Assembly: GCF_036321535.1 (NCBI RefSeq)
Contig: NC_087437.1
Span: 64,358,001-64,422,000, forward strand
Direction of reading: 5' to 3'
DNA: 64,000 nt
Source of the DNA: Camelus dromedarius
Lineage: Eukaryota
The notes below the pieces were generated by a model. That model had not been told where the DNA came from, did not search any database, and saw only the letters and a program-made list of their open reading frames with translations. Shown piece after piece: positions 26,151 to 39,929 of this stretch. The first letter of the stretch is position 1, and every line of letters begins with the position of its first letter. The translations under genes and the position numbers were made by a program.

Positions 26151-27059
26151 CTGATGATGTTTCTCCATCGTCTATTGTCTGCTCTCTTTCCTACCTTCAC
26201 GGACAAACTTATTCAGCGCAACCTACAAATGCTGCCTACATTTCCTAATCATTCATGTTATCTGTAACACTTACCACGATTTGGCTTCTGTCTCAACTCA
26301 CACCCCAAGTCTCAGTTTCCTCATTAGGAGCATGGGGATAATTATGATTTTTCTGAGAATTAAATAAGTTAACAAATGCAGAGTGCCCCTCTTGCTGCAT
26401 TTAGTATCCATTGTTTAAGGCCCATTAATACTATGAGGCCCTCACTAACATTCTCATCTATCCCCTAGGTCAGTGGGGTCCTGCATCAGGTGATGAACCA
26501 CTGTGTATCCTACTGTACTGACTCTGGTCCTTTTGGGCCATTCTGTGCTTTTCTGCTTCCTTTGTTCATGACACTTGCTTTTTGCTTTAAGTTTTTCCTT
26601 GAATTTAATTATTTGGGGGGGGGGGCAGTATCTCCATGTGTCCACCAACCCAGAAGTTCTGCTTTCATTTAACTTTATTTTTATTTAATACCTAATGTGA
26701 TTCATGGTCTCTATACCTCTCAGAGTTTGTACAGAGATAACTGGAAGGGCTTCTGAGGCTTTATAACATGATTCATAAGATCTGCAAAATCAGCATCACC
26801 TAAATGCGTGCTACACGTTTTCTTCTTGGAAATGAGCTTGCTTGGAATACCTGCCATCCAGAAAAATGGGTTAGGAAATTAAAGGAAGACTTTCTTCCTA
26901 AGGGAAAGGAATATTACACAATTTGGATTAATATTCTGGTTGAGAAGTAGAAAATCTGGGGTGGGAAATCTATCTGAAGGTATCAGAGAGCCAGGAAGGT
27001 AATCTAGAATGCTAGAACCATAATCTAGGATGGGAAGAAAGCCCAGAGGGGCAAGCCTG

Positions 27060-29040
27060 ACATTTGGGGACACTTTTGGTTCAAAGAAGAAAACACTATG
27101 GAAACTAGAAAATATTCTAAATTGAATAATTATGAAAATCCTACTTAGCAAAACACAGAATGTAGCTAAAGCTACGTTAAAAGGATATACAGCCTTAAGA
27201 TGCACGTATTAGAGAAGAAAAGTTAAAAATCAAGGGTCTAAGTATTCATGTTCATGTTAGAAAGTTAGAAAAAGGAGAGTAAAGTGACTTCATTCAAAAA
27301 AACAGAAGAATAGGAAAAATAAAGATAAAAATAGAAATTGATTAAACAAAAAATAGCTACTGGTGAAATTATTCAAGGAAAAAATGAGAGAGAAGATACA
27401 GAAAAATCAGTATCTGAAATAATACAATCACTTACCTCAGAGACCTAATAAAATCATAGAATGATACTATGAAGAACTTATTGCCATAAATTTGAAAAGT
27501 GAGATGAAATGGACAAATTCTAGAAAGGTACAACTTCTCAAAACTGACACAAGAATAAGTGGGAAATCTGAATAATTTTACAACTATTGAAGACACTGAA
27601 TCTATACTCAAAAACTTTCCACAAAGAAAACTAAATTGCTTCACCAGTGAATTCTACCAAATACTTAGGGAAAAACAAAAGCCCCAAACCACCAAACTTA
27701 CATAAACTCTTCCTAGAATAGAAAAAGAGGAAACACTTGTTTTTTGAGACTAACAAAAATACTAAAATTGAAATGGTAGGACAAGATAGGAAAATTATAG
27801 TCTAATCTCATTTATAAACATAACTGTAAAATATCCTAAACAAAATATAAGCAAGCTGAATTCAGTGATATATAAAAAGTGTGATAAATCACTGACAAAA
27901 TGAACTTAGTACAGGAATGCAAGGTAGTTTAACATTTACTAATCAATAAGTATAATTTACCACATTAATAGGTTAAAAGAGAAAAACCATATGATCATCT
28001 CAATGTTGGATTTTATTAAATGTATTTTTCTCCATCTATTTGTCATTAGTCATAGCTAATAATGAGTATGTATGCAAAGAGGCCCAAGTATCTACGAATA
28101 AATTAAAAAGGAAGTGAGAGTTTAACAAGACTGCTGGATACAAGATCAGCTGTATTTCATTCACTTGCGAAAACTAACTATACTTCTACATGCCAGCTGA
28201 CAGAAAATAAGATTTTAAAAGCTACCAATTACAACTTGGTAACTATATGATTACCAAGCATCAAAAAGTATCCAACACCTGGGAATAAATCTAACATATA
28301 CAGAAGGCATTTTTGCAGAAAAGAGATTCAGAGAGACATTAGGACCTCAGTAAATGAAGAGAGATAGAATGATTATGGTTTGGAAGACTCACTATTATAA
28401 AAAAGTTAATTCTCAAACTGACCTATAGATTCAAAAAATTCTATCAAAATCTCAATAAAGGGGAGTATTTATTCTACCAGATATAAAAACTTACTATAAC
28501 ACTAGAATACTTAAGACAATTTGGTATTGGCACAAAAATAGATAAGTAGACTAGAGGGAAAAAATTCAGAAACATCCATGCACATAAAGGCACTTCATTA
28601 CGACACAGATGACACTAGAGAGCAATGCAGAAAAAGATGATCTTTTCGAAAATTAGTATTAGGTAATGGATAACTACGGCAAAAAGGAAACTTAACCCCT
28701 ACCTTATAATAAGCACAAAATTCAACTCAAGGTTTAAATGTGACAGGAATAACAATAGTTTCTAGAACAGCACTGCTCAACAGCACCTCCTATGATGATG
28801 GAAATGTTCTCGATCCACACTGTCCAGTATGGTACCCACAAGCTCCAAGTAGCTCCTGAGCACTTGAAAAGGGGCCAGGGCCACGATGGAAGTGAATTTT
28901 AAATTTTAATTTCATTTCAACTAATTTAAACTTCAAATTAAAAAGCCACATGTGGCTGGGGGCTACTGTACTGGACAACAGAGTTCTGCAAGATAACACA
29001 GGGGAATACACTTATGAACCTGAAGCAAGCGAAGATTTCT
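27060..29040 (+). mobile_element. Old degenerate L1 ORF2 remnant, interrupted by MER3
   Basis: Colinear similarity with the L1 at 18366-20400, e.g. TTCACCAGTGAATTCTACCAAA and ATGATCATCTCAAT. Boundaries approximate. Confidence 0.75.
28768..28983. mobile_element. MER3-like hAT-Charlie MITE inside L1
   Basis: GATGATGGAAATGTTCT...AGCCACATGTGGCT...GGACA motifs; degenerate 8-bp TSD TTCTAGAA / TTCTGCAA. Confidence 0.8.
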
Positions 29041-30660
29041 CTGCTCTTGCATTACGGTCTCTGTCTGCCAGATCCAGTACCTAGGCTATCTCCAGTGGGT
29101 TTCTATTGACCACTGTTTTTTGTTTGTTTTTATTTTAAATATGAACCACATTTTCCTGTTTCTTTGCATGTCTAATTTTAAAAAACAAAAACAATCTGAA
29201 ATGGTTGATCTTCGTGTTAGTAGGCCATTCAGTTAATGGCTGATCACCTTGAACTTGTGTAGGTTTGATTTTGTGCTCTATTAGGGTAGATTAGTAGAAA
29301 CTAGTGTTTCCCAAGCTCCTCTCACCTGGCAGGACTCAATCTCCAAATTGCCTCCTCTGCAGATTTTTGTCAGGGGTTAGTTTTAGGCTTTGTTTATGGT
29401 GGGTCTAAGTAGAATAGTCCTTACTCTATCTAGCGTATGGTCCTTGATTCTAAAGTTTGTCCTTTCTGATGTCCCAGCAGAAGCCCAAGATGTTAATAAA
29501 ATGTTAATGAGGTCTTGTCATTCTTGCTGGGCCAGAACTCCAAGGGTCCAGTGCTGCTTGCCCTCTATTATATTTGCTCTGCTTTCAACTCCACAACAGT
29601 CCTGGTAAGTTTGCCCTTTACATGTACAGACCATTCCTCAGCCAAGATTTGCTGGGGACCCCACACAGCCTTCTGGGGAGCCCCCTTTTGCAGAGCTCTC
29701 TTCTTTACAAATCAGTAACAAAAGGTGGCCCAGTAGTGGGCAAGAGATTTTAACAGGTATGTCACAAAAAAGGATATTCAAATACCCAGTAACACTTAAA
29801 AAGATGTCATAGAAATCAACTACAGTAGCACACAACTGCACAGTCATCAGCATGTCTAAATGTAAAAAGACTAAGACTGCCAAGTGTTGTTAATGAGGTG
29901 CAACAATAAGAAATTTCAGATACTGCTGGTAGGACCATCAACTGATACAACCCACTTTGGGAAAGTCTGGCATCATCTATCAAAGCAGGCATAATCTATA
30001 ACCAACAATTCCATTTCCAAATAAATATCCAAAAGAAATATATACACAGGTGCACCATGAAATATGTGTAAGAAGATCCGTACAGCACTGTTTATGACAA
30101 CTCAAATACAGACCTTCCAAATGTTCATCAAAAGCAAAATGAGTAAATAGTTGTTTATTCATACAATGGAATGTCACATCAGTGGCTGGATTTCTTCCAT
30201 TTGACCTTCCAAATCTCTCTACCCTTTCTACCATGCTATTTGGAAGCAAGGAGAAGGAATGGATGTCATTAAACATAGAGATGAAGTTATTTTTAAAGAA
30301 ATGATACTGAGACTGGAGAGAAAGCAAGGAATTAGACAGAATAGCCATATATTTGACAATGGGATTTTAATCTTTATAAAGCAAGAATCAAGAATTCTAA
30401 GAATTTCCTTCTTTATTTTTCTGTTTATTGACATCATTAATAATACCCCAATAAATGTGGAATTCATAGTTGTTATCAAAATCTAGGAGGAAAAACAATA
30501 TTCTTTATAACTATTTCATAAGGATCTTACTTTTGCAACATGATACAGGATAATGCTTTACCCAGCAGGCCTTGAAGCTAAATGTAAGAACAAGTAGATG
30601 ATATTTATAATTTTAGAGAACTAAAAATACCTATAACATATAAAGAAATAAAATGCTTAC

Positions 30661-30769
30661 TTGGCTGACATGCACTGGTGTTAAAATTAAGTCCAGAACT
30701 CCAGACCAGCCAGCAAACACGCCAAGTGGTATGGCATATGCTAAAGCAATCATCAAAAATCTCAAATTG
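30661..30769 (-). CDS. SLC49A4: SLC49A4 coding exon 5 (109 bp): [36 protein letters not shown]
   Basis: Manual translation; TTTTACAG acceptor, GTAAGC donor; phase 2 to phase 0. Confidence 0.96.
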
Positions 30770-30849
30770 CTGTAAAAGAGAAATAAAAGAAAACATTATT
30801 ACAACTGCCTGTGAATCTGTAATTATCTCAAAGTAAAGTTTAATTTAAA

Positions 30850-32720
30850 GATGTAATAAATATTAGATACCATTCACAATAGCTTTAAAAATTTTTTTGA
30901 AGTATAAGGTATCTAGAAATAAACCAGGAGGTCCCAAGACCTCTGCGGGTGGGAAGTTTAAAAAAAAAAAAAAAGCAACTTTTAATCTAATTTAGGCACA
31001 GAAGATGACTTAAATAAATGGAGACAGAGTCCATGCTATCAGGTCACTCCCAATTAATCTATAATTCAATGCAATCACAATTAAAATTCCAGTTGAATTT
31101 TTTTTAGAAACTCAAGAAATTTGCTCTAAAATTCATATGGGAAAATAAAAGTCCTTGGAAAGCTAACTCACCCTTAAAAAATGTGAAAAAGGAGGCCCTT
31201 GTCCCATCAGCTATTAAGACAAACTGCACGCCCAGAGTAATAGAGATAGTATAATATTGGCTCAAGAATGAAGAGAACAATGAAGGAAAATAGAGGTAAG
31301 ACACAGAAACTCAAGTTACAATGGAGGTGACACTACTAAAATCAAAGGGCTAGTGATTGTTTAGTGAATGGTGCTAGTTCATTTTAAAGAGGAAAAAAAC
31401 CACGTGCATCACTGGTTAACACTATACACTAAGGTAGATTCTCGGTGGGTTGAAAACCTAAATGTGAAAGAAAAAAGCAGAAAGTTAATAAGTGAGGAAT
31501 TCACTGGCAAAATTAGTAGACAGATAACAGAATGGGAATAGATATTTGAAATTTTTCAAATCAACAAGGAACTTTTATCTAGAATATGTAAATCATTAAG
31601 AATAAGATAGCAACTACCACTGAGAAATGGGCAGAAACTATGAAGAGGAATTTACAGCAGATGAAACCTAAACAGCAAACAACTGCATGAGAGTCCAAAC
31701 TTATTAAAAACCAGAAAATAAAAATTAAGCAAAAGATATAGATTTGTGTATACCTGTTAGACTGGTAAAAATTACAAAGGTGGATAATGCCAAGTTTGGT
31801 AAATATATGGGGAAATGGGCACTGCTAATGGAAGTATAGGAAAGTGCAGGCATTTTCTAGAACAATTTGACAATACTTGGCAGATTAAGTTTAAAAATAT
31901 GACCCAGCAATACTGTTGCAGGGTCTGCTTTCCACAGAATTCTTAGGTGTACGGTGTATTAGGATGTCACTGCAGTGGTATTTGTGGTGACAGCATGTTG
32001 GAGGCAATCTGGGTACAAAATGGGAGTCGGTAGATAAAATGTAATGGTTTCATACCACGTAGTACAAAGAACTAGGTGTACCCAGGCACAGGGATATATC
32101 TTGAAAACAGAGCCCTAATATCACAAAATGAGAGCTGTCCAAATATCACGTGCCTCCTGAGAGAAGGCAGCATCCCCCATGAAGCGGCCTTATAAAGCTG
32201 AAACCCAAACCTGAATCAGATGTTGCTCCTGCTAACAGTTTATAGGAAATACAAATGGCAGAGGAACTTGGCAAACTACTCAACAAAGAGACAATCAACA
32301 AAATCTAGAGCTACAGATTTAAAGGCATTTGAGTCAATTGCAATGCAGTGACCCAATCTGGATCCTGATTCAAACAAATTGTTAAAAAAGACATTTATGA
32401 CACTTATGAGACAATTGGAAATTTAAATGCTGATTTGATAATAGCAAACTAAAAGTTTTTAGTGTGATAATAGTACCATATTTATGTTGAAAAGAGTCTC
32501 TGTCTTTTTAACATATATTATACATATTGAAATATTTATGGATGAATGATTTATCATCTAGGATTTGCTTCATGATACAGGAAGGGGAGAAGGAGGTAGA
32601 GCAGAAATAAAACAATACTGGCCATAAATTGGTAATTGTTGATATTGGGATATGGGGATATGAAGGTTATAACTATTCTACCTTTGTATTTCCAAAATGA
32701 AAAGTCATAAAAAAAAAAAC
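30850..32720 (+). mobile_element. Ancient L1 (L1MC/ME-type) ORF2 end and 3' UTR remnants
   Basis: TTCAATGCAATC, CTAAAATTCATATGG, TGACCCAGCAAT and GGATCCTGATTCAAAC motifs. Boundaries approximate. Confidence 0.65.
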
Positions 32721-34066
32721 CACATAGTGTTTAATGAAAAAAGTCAAACAGAACGAGATACATAATGTGCCACTCTTTAGATAAATTAAACATAGGTACA
32801 TACAAAACAACACACAGATTGCAAAGGCACAGAGACAAAGAGATATACATTAAGTGCACTTGAAAGGTGGCCTGGGTAGAGGGAAGGGAGCGGGAGTGGG
32901 AAATAAAAAGAATGAGTGAGTAAGTAAATGAATAAATGTGCTCAAGTGTCCTGAAGTAAGGAACATGTTCAACTCAGCTCTCCACTCATGAAGTCTAAAA
33001 GGCAAAAACCACCACCACCGTCTTCAAACATTAAACTGATGTATAAAGGGAGAGAAATGTTTACATTAGGTTACACAGGTTAAATGCATATTAAGAGATG
33101 GGAATCATATGGATAGTAAATAAGTAACTGTGGTCGAAACTTTAGAGCATAACCATTGATTTCTTTCTACGCAGACAATGGAATTAGAATTTAGAGGAGG
33201 AGTTATTCTGATTAATCCAAGAAGTAATGATATCAGAAGCTCTGTGAGGAACCAGAGAAGACTACACAGGTAGGTCAGGGGAATGGAACACGGCAGGCCC
33301 AAAGAACTCCCCTGGAGAGCCCAAAGTGGAAGCAGGCAATCCTGCAGATTAAAGGACATGGGAAGAGACAAAGGAATGTTAGGCTTTGGTGCAAAGGGTT
33401 TTTAATATAGAAGAAAGATCTTACACTCTGCAGTTTAAACAGAGAATAAAGATCTTGACTGTAGAGTAATCACAGGGTATATAGTGGTCAGAGTGATCAT
33501 TTTAAGTTGTTTTTTCCTTGTCAGAAGAATCTTTACATAACTCCTTATTTAAAAAACTTCCAGTGACCCCCTCATTTCCCACAGAATAGTCCAAAATTAT
33601 TACTATGGCATAATCTGACCTTAACCTACCTCTCTAGCCTTACCTACTACTCTCTAACCTCTTACTTTACATGGAAGAAAAACTTAAAACAGCACTTAAA
33701 AAAAAAACTATCATTTTAACTCTCATCTTATAAATGTGTGTCACTGATCACAATTCAATTGAATTAATATTTCTTTGCCTATTATGTGGAAGGCAATTTA
33801 CTAGGTGCTGCGGAGATGTGGTTTTCAAAAACTTTTTACTGTATACCAGAATAAGAAATAAATATTTACTTAGTGACTTACTAATACTCAGTACATATAT
33901 ACTAAAACAAAAGTCTCACAAAAAATATGTATCATTACTACATATCATGCAATAATATTTTCTATTCTATTTTATTCCATTCTATTTTCTTAAAAAAAAA
34001 AAAAAAAGGCAGTCAACCTATTAAATTGGATGGCTAAAAACCAAAGTGTGAAAAACAATGTTACAC

Positions 34067-35308
34067 AGCAATGCTAACATGGCAGCCACCAGTCAAATGT
34101 AAGCACTTGAAATGTGGCTAGTGCAAGTGAAGAATTAATTTTAAATTTTATTTCATTTTAATTAATTTAAACCCAATTTAAAAGTAGAAAGAGTGAAAAG
34201 AATTTTTCCATTAAACACAACTTAATTTTTTTGGCAGAACTATATTTCACTTTAACAGCTGCACTGGGTAAGACAGGACTGTCGTGTGCACAGGGTAGCC
34301 TATGTTGCTGTTTCTAGTATTATAACCCACCACTGATCTTCTTGGTGTCAATGAACTAACTCGGTTCTTTTTTTTTTTTTTACACACTGATACAACATTG
34401 TAATTTGCTTATGAATATTTTATGCAGAAAGAAAATAGACGAAGTATGTCACAAATTTCATTATGAATGATAAATGCAACTTATTACAGCAGAGTAAAAT
34501 TGATGTCTGTTGTGTAAAAAGAGTTTTAGGAAAAATAAGTGGATAATATTAAAGGACATATTTAACAAATACACGGTGAATTTTATAAGAAGTTTCCTCC
34601 TAAAGTCAAAAAAGAATCAAGAAAATTAGTTGACTGAAATCTAAATTAAATGTCCAACAAACATTTTAAAACAATTTTTTACAGATCTGAGCTTATAATT
34701 TTGGTCAGCTATAAAATAGTTTGAATTCCTGCATATGCAAAAAGACATTTTTAGATGGAGAGATGGTAAAAGAAATTGTTACTTTAGCTATGGAAATTTT
34801 GCTTAAAATTATGAAGAGAAAAAAATTTTAATGTATTCTACAGAAGCGAAAGGTCTCCAATTAAGGTCCAAACAATTGCCTGTAGAATATAACACCTTTC
34901 AAATAGTATAAAAGATGTGTTGATTCAAAATTTGAAAAAAACGCAAGTATTTATTTTTAACTTTGGATAAATACTGCAATATGGGAGACACTGCTCAATG
35001 AAAACTTTTTTAATAGTAAGTCTAATGAAATTTAAATGCAGACCAAGTATTTCTAACGCAAATTTAGCATCTAAATTGAGATGTCCTGTAAGTGTAAAAT
35101 ACATAGTGGATTTCAAAGATTTTGTATGAATAAAAGACTATAAAGTATCTCATTAATAATTTTGAATATTGATTGCATGTTAAAATAATATTTTAGATAC
35201 ACTGAGTTAAATAAAATATGCTATTAAAGTTTCTTTCCACTTTTTAAAATAAGGCTACTAGAAAATTTAAAAGTATACATGTGGCTCTAATTATATACCT
35301 AATGGACA
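34067..35308. mobile_element. Charlie1-family (Charlie1a-like) hAT DNA transposon remnant
   Basis: MER3/MER33-like ends (AGCACTTGAAATGTGGCTAGTG; CTACTAGAAAATTTAAAA...GTGGCT) around AT-rich internal sequence. Confidence 0.7.
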
Positions 35309-35435
35309 CTTTTTTTATTGAAGTATAGTCAGTTTACAATGTTGTCAATTTCTGGTATATAGCATAATGTTTGTCATATATATTAACATACATATATTCC
35401 TTTTCATATTATTTTTCATTATAGCTTACTATAGA
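35309..35435 (-). mobile_element. ~127-bp L1 3' tip inserted in the end of the Charlie1 element
   Basis: Perfect 14-bp TSD ATACCTAATGGACA at 35295-35308 and 35436-35449; TTTTTTATTGAAGTATAGTCAGTTTACAATGTTG is an L1 3' end. Confidence 0.88.
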
Positions 35436-36264
35436 ATACCTAATGGACATTATTAATATAGAGGATACAAAGATAGTTCTTGCCAAAAGGAGCTTACCAT
35501 CTGGTGGGAGAGGAAGACTAGAAAAGAAAGAATGGACAAGGGAGAGTTGTTGATCAATCAATAAAAACTCATCTCAACTAAGTGGGGAAAAAATTCAAAA
35601 GGCAACTTCTAGTGGCCCAATTACAAATCATAATCACCAGTGATGGTCTATATATTCAAAGAATCAAATTCAGTACTGGGGCATTTGAGCTTTCAAGGGT
35701 AGAATTCAATCTAATTACATTTAAGTTATACCAATAAAATAAAGTAAAACAAATATTAAGTTCCTCAAAGTATGATCCCTTTGGAGGTTCAAGATGATTT
35801 TAGGTGATATGTAAATAATGTTATTTATTTTATTCATTTTGTACTGACTAGCACTTGCTTATTTTAATGTGTATTAGGAACTATATATTGACTAAAAATA
35901 ATGCATATATTAGGAAAAATACAATAAACACATAAAACCCATGATTTCACAGATCCTACTAGGTGATGTTTCCTTATAAAAGAAAATTATTTAACTAAAA
36001 TATTTGATTTTTTAAATATTAGGTAAATAACAGTGTAAGTGGTATATAGAAAAAGCAAAATTATAGAAGTTTTGCTTTTGGCAATTTTTAAAGATAGCTT
36101 TCTGGTAGGAAATTCCTCTAAAATATTTAATCAGTATTTTTATCTACTATTTACAACCTGATTAATAGGTTGTTGAAAAATTACTATCTTAAATTACCTT
36201 AGATAAACGTGGAATTATCTTGAACTACTAGTCAAAACCACTCAGTGATTCTAAGTACATTTAC

Positions 36265-36394
36265 CTTAGTAATCTACAAAAGCTCCGCCGATAACTCAGC
36301 CGCTGGCTAGCTGCAGCAACACTGGGAGGAAGAGGAGGCCGAGTTGGGAAATAAGCTAGAGTTGCAGAAAACAGTAAGCAGACAACTCCAAATT
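36265..36394 (-). CDS. SLC49A4: SLC49A4 coding exon 4 (130 bp): (E)[42 protein letters not shown](S)
   Basis: Manual translation; polypyrimidine tract with TTTCAG acceptor, GTAAAT donor; PPLPPS motif typical of SLC49 proteins. Confidence 0.96.
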
Positions 36395-37519
36395 CTGAAA
36401 AAGAAAACAAAACAAAAAAGTAAAATGTTAATCAGATAACACAAAAAGTTCAATATTTCAAGTATTTATTTATCTAAAAAATATTTGTTGAGCCTCAACA
36501 AAGCTCTGGATATACGATCAAAATATAATACATGCCTAGCCAAAATAGCTCAGTCTTGTGAGAAAGATCCATACATAAAGATACAACTTTTAGTAGGTCA
36601 TAGGTAAGAAGTCCTACTAGAAGTAAATAAGTATGGTAGTACACCGCATAGACAAAAAGATAGGCAGTAAACAAATGTTACTCTATGGAGAAAACAAAAA
36701 TCAACAGTACTATCTGTAAGAGAGATCTTTAAACAGGTCTAGGATGATTGTCTAATAAGCATGGTCCTCAGAAATAAAGAATGTGATTGAGAAAATTGGT
36801 AAGAATAGGATAGGAGAAGGTTTGATCAATGATAGGATATTCTGATGCATGGACAGACTCAATTCATAGGCTATATGGGAAATTTGAACAGAACAGGAAA
36901 GCATCCAAGAAAAAAGAAACCAAGAAATAGAGAGCAAAATTTAACAAACCCAAGACTAGCTAACGTAGGCCATTAAACAATCAGAAGTAAAATAAACATC
37001 CGAACAATCTTAGTTTAACACCATTAACAGAAGGGAAGTTTCCTAGAGTCCTGATCATTCCCTCCAGAGTTCCGGCACATGAAGTCCCAGCTTTTAACTG
37101 TGCCCAATTTAGTGGAAAGTATGACTCTGGTAGAAAAGTCAGGAAGCCTTGGAGTATAGATCTGTCCTTGCCATTAATTAACTTATAAATTGAATGAATC
37201 CCTTACTGCTTCTGGGTCAATAAAGGGAATGGATTAAGTGATTTCTAGAGGTCCTTTCAGTAGGATAATTCTAACTATAGGGCTATATTCTTATCAAAAG
37301 GTATGATATTTCTATAAGACACTTAACCACAAATAGTGCCTTTATTCTTTGTCAATCTGAGGAGCAACAAAAAGCTAACAAATTGTTTTAATTTATAGTT
37401 TTTAAAATTATGAGTAACAATGAATGAGTATCTTCCATATACTCACTGGCCATTTATATTTTACCTTCTGTGATTGCCTTGTTCATATTCTTTCCCATCT
37501 TTCTACTGGCATTTTTGTA

Positions 37520-39550
37520 AACAACTTCATTGAGATACAATTCATGAAACATAATTCACAGATTTACACTGCATAATTTGATGGTTTTTGTATATTCATA
37601 GAATTTTGCAGCCATCGCTACAATTTTAGAACTTTTTCACCATCCCCCAAAGAAACTGTATCCATTACCCTACAATCTTCCAGCCGTAGGCAACCATTAA
37701 TCTAGTTTCAATCTCAGTTTTTCTATTTTTCCTTTTGCCATTTGTGCCCTTGGTGTCCTTTATAAAAAGGCTTCACCTAGCCCAATGTCATGAAGATTCA
37801 CTCCTATATTTTCTTCTAAGAGTTTATAGTTTTAGTTCTCACATTTAGGTTTATGATCTTTTTTTTGGAATGATGTTTATTTTTAAAAATTGATGTATAA
37901 TCGGTTTATAACGTTGTGTTAATTTCTGGTGTACAGCATAGTGATTCAGTTATACATATATACATATTTCTTTTCATATTCTTTTTCATTGTAGGTTATT
38001 ACAAGGTATTGAATATACTTCCCTGTGCTATGAAGTAGGACCTTGTTGTTTATCTATTTTATATACAATATTATGTATCTGCAAATCCCAAACTCCCAGT
38101 TTATCCCTCTATTCCCCATTTCCTCTTTGGTAACCATAAGTTTGTTTTCTATGTCTGTAAGTCTGCTTCTTTTTTTTAATAAGTTCATTTGTGTCATTCT
38201 TAAAAATATGATTTGTTTTGAGTTAACTTTTATGTCTGGTGTAAGGAAGGGGTTCAAACTGATTGTTTTGCATATGGATATCCAGTTATTCCAATACCAT
38301 TTGTTGAAAAGACCACTCTTTCCCCATCAAATTGTCTTGGCACTGTTGTGAAAAGTCAATTGGCTATAAATGTAATGGTTTATTTTTTGGAATCTCACTT
38401 CTGTTCCATTGATTTATGTCTAACCTTAGGCCAGTATCATGCTGTCTTGATCAGTGTAGCTTTGTAGAAAGTTTTGAAACTGGGAATTGTGAGTCCTTCA
38501 ACTTTGTTCCTTTTCAAGGTTGTTTTGGCTATTCTGAGTCCCCTGCATCTCCATGTAAATTTTAGGATCATCTTGTCAATTTCTGTAACAAAGGCAGCTG
38601 AATATTAATTGGGATTGCACTGAATTTATAGATAAATTTGGGGAGTATTACTGTCTTCACAGTATTAAAACTTCCAACACATGAACAGTAATGTCTTTCC
38701 ATTTCTTTAGGTCTTCTTTCATTTCTTTCAGTAGTGTTTTATAGTCTCCAGAGTGCAAGTTTTACACTTATTTTGTTAAATTTATTCCTAAATATTTTAT
38801 TCTTTTTGAGCCCATTGTAAATGAATTGTTTTCCTATATATTTGGGTTATTCATTACAAATACATAAAAACACAGTTGATTTTTATATATTAACCTTGCA
38901 TCTTAAAACTTGCTTTTTTAGGAGCTTGTTCATTTTTGCTGAACCTGTTTTTTTAGATCTAACAGTTTTTTTATATAGCTTACAGAGGATTTTCTATATT
39001 CAAGATCATGCCATTTTCAACAGAGATAGCTTTACTTCTTTCTGATCTAGACGCCTTTTACTTCTTTTTCTTGCTTGGTGACCCTGGTTAGAACCTTCAG
39101 CACCATGTTAAGTAGACATAGCAAAAGTAAACATCTCGTCTTGTTCCTGATCTCGGGGGGAATGCTTTCAGTCTTTGACCATTAAATATGACCTTATCTA
39201 TGGATTTTTCATAAACACACTTTATTAGGTTGAGGGAGCTCCTCTCTATTTTTAATTTGCTGAGTGTTTTTATCTTGAAACGGTGCTGGATTTGTCAAAT
39301 GCTTTTTTTCATCTATTAAGATGATCACATAGTTTTTCTCCTTCATCCTACTGTTACAGCATATTACCTTAGTTGAATTTTGAATGTTAAACCAAGTTGC
39401 ATTTCAGAAATAAATCCCATTTGGTGATGGTGTATAATCCTTTTTATGTCGGTGGATTTGGTTTGCTGGTATTTTGTTCAAGACTTGTGGGTCTATATTC
39501 ATAAGATATAGGTCTGTAGTTTACTTATGATGTCTTTGTCTGGAATAGTT
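37520..39550 (-). mobile_element. Old L1MB-like element (3' UTR plus ORF2) containing a younger L1 3' end at ~37860-38205
   Basis: Reverse-strand ORF2-like sequence (CCATTTGTTGAAAAGAC; TTGTTCCTGATCT); nested piece with TCCCTGTGCTAT and GGTAACCATAAGTTTGTTTTCT; degenerate TSD around TATGAT. Confidence 0.8.
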
Positions 39551-39929
39551 TAGTTTAAGAGTCATTAATTTTTAAGGTCACTATTCTAAGCAAAATATTT
39601 TCAATGGAATGAAGGGTCATGGGACATTATTTCAGGGAGGCAAATTGGAAAACATGAAAGCACTGAAGCAATAGCTGGAAGCTCTGAGCAGGGGTTTCTG
39701 CTTGACTGCATGGGAACCATAAGCCAGAGGATGTAGAGCGTTAATACAAGCCCAGTAGTGCCTAAAATCCAGTCATTTAAAAGACACGGTGATTGCTTAA
39801 GCTTTCAATAAAAAGAAGGATATAACCAAAATAAAGCTTAAATTTATGTTTTACCTGCTTTCAGTTTTATTTACTTACTCATTGTTACATTTCAACGTTT
39901 TTCTTTAAAAGGAGTGAGCTGTCTACAGG

